Shown here: positions 62,296-64,000 of the stretch, in pieces
Layout of the letters: each line of letters opens with the position of its first letter
How positions within the stretch are numbered: position 1 is the stretch's first letter
Source of the DNA: a virus
Lineage: Duplodnaviria > Caudoviricetes
Strand: one strand, 5' to 3'
Virus record (IMG/VR): IMGVR_UViG_2706796244_000001
Coordinates: 9,883-73,882 of that record
DNA: 64,000 nt
The notes under the pieces: generated by a model
Databases searched by the model: none
What the model was told of the DNA's origin: nothing
What the model saw: only the letters and a program-made list of their open reading frames with translations
Program-made: the position numbers and the translations under genes

Positions 62296-63318
62296 TTAGC
62301 TGCGGATGTAGAGATCATCGAAGTTCACCCAGCGCACGGACGTGCCGAGAACACAGGTGGTCTTCACCCGGGTCTTGCCTTCACCGTAAGGGTCATGACG
62401 ATCAGACACACCCTTGGGATTTTGCACAATCTCGCCGGCATAGTAGACCGGCTCACGCTCGAACCACATGCCTTGGCCATCTGCCGTGCCCAGGTGCGGC
62501 TTGCGAACCAGAAGGGGAACGCCCGCCAGGCCCTTGACCATGCCGAGCATGATGGCCCGCACAGACGAGTTAGCGCGGAACAGTGCGTTCTCTTCCTGGT
62601 TCCAAGGCATGAACGTGCCGTCCACCTTGAGCATGCCGACACGGTTGGCTTCTGCTGCAGGGGAGGTAGCTGCCGGCTGGGTCTCGGTCGCCCCATCCTT
62701 CGCCGCAGCTTCTTGCGGCTGCGCCGCGAAGCCTTGGCTTGGATGAGCTCCCGTGTAGAAAAGGATATCTTGTTCTACGAACCACTTCACGTCCGCCCAT
62801 GCCTTGGCCTTGCCGCGGACCATCTCCTGGTAGGCCCGGCTCATGGTGGGGAACGTCCGGCTCTTCATCTCCAGAGTCGTTTGTTCCAGCTGCTGGGAGG
62901 CCAGAGCCACATGCTGGCGCAGTGCATGCAGATAGGTGGTGATGCCGTTGGCCTGGTCTTCCTGTACCCGGGCGGCCACTGCCTTCACTGCCTTCACTGC
63001 CTTCACTGCCTTCACTGCCTTCACTGCCTTCACTGCCTTCACTGCCTCGTTGTCCGCATGCAGCTCAGCTGCCAGCTTCACGCCCAGCACCTGCCACAGC
63101 TTGTCCACCGCATTCTTCTCGGCCCACTTCTCGCCCTCGGCCTTATCGAAGTTCCGGGGATCCACGCACGCACTGTGGCCGTCCACCGAATACAGCCCGT
63201 CCCAGAAAGTCAGCTGACAAATAGTGGTCTTGCCGTCCGGCAGTACCGTGAACGTCTTGCTCGCAGACGCAGCCAGCTGGGCAACTGCTTCCTTGGTGAC
63301 GGAGGGAAATTGCTTCAT
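62296..63318 (-). CDS. N4 gp49/Sf6 gp66-like domain + (AVK)n linker + unknown C-terminal domains (340 aa)
   Basis: TTIC.LT...G..V.G.SACVDP.NFD.A.G.K.A..NA..KLW..LG signature. AAGGA RBS before ATG 63318. Confidence 0.8.
   Translation of the reverse strand: MKQFPSVTKEAVAQLAASASKTFTVLPDGKTTICQLTFWDGLYSVDGHSACVDPRNFDKAEGEKWAEKNAVDKLWQVLGVKLAAELHADNEAVKAVKAVKAVKAVKAVKAVKAVAARVQEDQANGITTYLHALRQHVALASQQLEQTTLEMKSRTFPTMSRAYQEMVRGKAKAWADVKWFVEQDILFYTGAHPSQGFAAQPQEAAAKDGATETQPAATSPAAEANRVGMLKVDGTFMPWNQEENALFRANSSVRAIMLGMVKGLAGVPLLVRKPHLGTADGQGMWFEREPVYYAGEIVQNPKGVSDRHDPYGEGKTRVKTTCVLGTSVRWVNFDDLYIRS
62977..63047. repeat. 9-bp tandem repeat (CACTGCCTT)x7.9 encoding (AVK)7 on the - strand
   Basis: Seven exact copies plus an 8-bp partial copy, read directly. 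Confidence 0.97.
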
Positions 63319-63342
63319 GATCTTCAGTCCTTTTGTGGTTGG

Positions 63343-63358
63343 TGACGCCGGGAGTATA
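63343..63358 (-). promoter_or_regulatory. Candidate late promoter (TATACTCCCGGCGTCA on the - strand)
   Basis: 13/16 identical to 39492-39507. The -10-like hexamer is 35 nt upstream of ATG 63318. Confidence 0.5.
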
Positions 63359-63460
63359 GCCTTTAGGTTTGTTAGAACCAAGGGGAAAGAAACCGAACCG
63401 GCCGACCTTCACATATTCCGAGTGATCGGATGCCATCGCTGCCCTGACCAAGCAGCTTTC

Positions 63461-63509
63461 GGGGGATAGCTCAAGATAGTTCGCTATATAGGCTATCCCC
63501 CAATTTTTT
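63461..63509 (+). terminator. Long hairpin terminator in the genome-end spacer
   Basis: GGGGGATAGC...GCTATCCCCC 10-bp stem with inner ATAG-TTCG-CTAT, followed by AATTTTTT. Confidence 0.7.
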
Positions 63510-63681
63510 CGTAGCGGAAAAGTTTCGCTGGTATGTCTGAGAACACGGTGTGGTGCGGCCACACTGGCCCACACCTCACACACCCCCCCGGGTCGTTGCT
63601 GCCTATGCATGCACCCTACCCCCGTCATGTGCTGTCGTCCACACATCCACACCGTCATGCTTGCGGTACGTCTGTGCCCTC

Positions 63682-63700
63682 GGCCCTTGCGGGCCTGTTG
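63682..63700 (+). promoter_or_regulatory. Candidate vRNAP ssDNA-hairpin early promoter
   Basis: GGCCC-TTGC-GGGCC-TGTT-G: 5-bp stem, 4-nt spacer, then G, 49 nt before the first + gene. Geometry resembles N4 early promoters, but the loop is 4 nt rather than 3. Confidence 0.4.
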
Positions 63701-63748
63701 AGCGTGTTGTGGTGATGCGCTCTTATCTCATTAACTAAGGAGTATTCA

Positions 63749-64000
63749 ATGGCATCCACTCGTATGGCTTTCGGTTCGATCATGTCCACCATCTCTGGTG
63801 TGGCTGATTCGGCTGTGGCAATTGTCAATGTGGGCAACACCCTCGTGGCAAAAGCTCAGCTCGCTGCTGACGATTCGCTGAAGGCACAAACTGTGCGCAG
63901 CAAAATCGGCAATGCTGTCCTGCAAGAAAACGCTATCCGCGAAGCTGCAATGGAACAGGCGCTCTCTACGATGAACATCAAGCAGTTCCAGGCTCAGTCT
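63749..64000 (+). CDS. First early gene (N4 gp1-like, tentative), 3'-truncated by the window edge
   Basis: TAAGGAG RBS. MASTRMAFGSIMSTISGVADS... is open to the window end. Strand switches to + after terminase. Confidence 0.7.
   Translation, partial: MASTRMAFGSIMSTISGVADSAVAIVNVGNTLVAKAQLAADDSLKAQTVRSKIGNAVLQENAIREAAMEQALSTMNIKQFQAQS

Noticed and set aside
63319-63381. 21-aa N-terminal extension (MVLTNLKAILPASPTTKGLKI) of the gp49-like ORF
   Set aside because: It overlaps the candidate promoter. ATG 63318 has an AAGGA SD and starts the recognisable domain.
63460-63503. tRNA-like start GGGGGATAGCTCA and a CCA near the end
   Set aside because: No D-stem partner, anticodon arm or TTCRA T-loop. 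It folds as a single hairpin followed by a U-tract, i.e. a terminator.

Overview
The window is most of the genome of a GC-rich (roughly 60-63% by eye) N4-like lytic podophage (Schitoviridae), in canonical N4 gene order. It opens inside the second subunit of the middle RNA polymerase (RNAP II). The + strand then carries the Ig-domain capsid decoration gene, about 25 small accessory genes, the AAA+/VWA-metallopeptidase pair, dCTP deaminase, thymidylate synthase, a MazG-like enzyme and the replication block (helicase, family A DNA polymerase, Cas4-like nuclease, DNS primase, AAA protein, SSB, RusA-like resolvase). A second accessory island follows, with DUF2829/Tad2-like, orphan ParB-like and wHTH genes. 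A bidirectional terminator at 29.2 kb separates this from the - strand late block: a 3413-aa cysteine-free virion RNA polymerase, ejection proteins, capsid, portal, lysis cassette (holin-like, SAR endolysin, embedded spanins), N4 gp64/gp65-type tail sheath, adaptor, terminase, and a gp49-like fusion protein with an (AVK)7 tandem repeat. The last 600 bp look like the genome-end/early-promoter junction plus the start of the first early gene. I found no tRNA, integrase, CRISPR array or rIIA/rIIB genes. The most notable observations are: (1) a 235-nt highly structured leader with mutually exclusive RBS-sequestering pairings upstream of an HTH gene; (2) a single-base frameshift splitting the gp57-like gene; (3) two candidate nucleotide-sponge anti-defence proteins; (4) an RKSLF linear motif shared by SSB and the resolvase-fusion tail; (5) a candidate late-promoter motif present twice with matching spacing; (6) an orphan ParB-like gene. 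All family assignments come from motif recognition and synteny; no database search was run.
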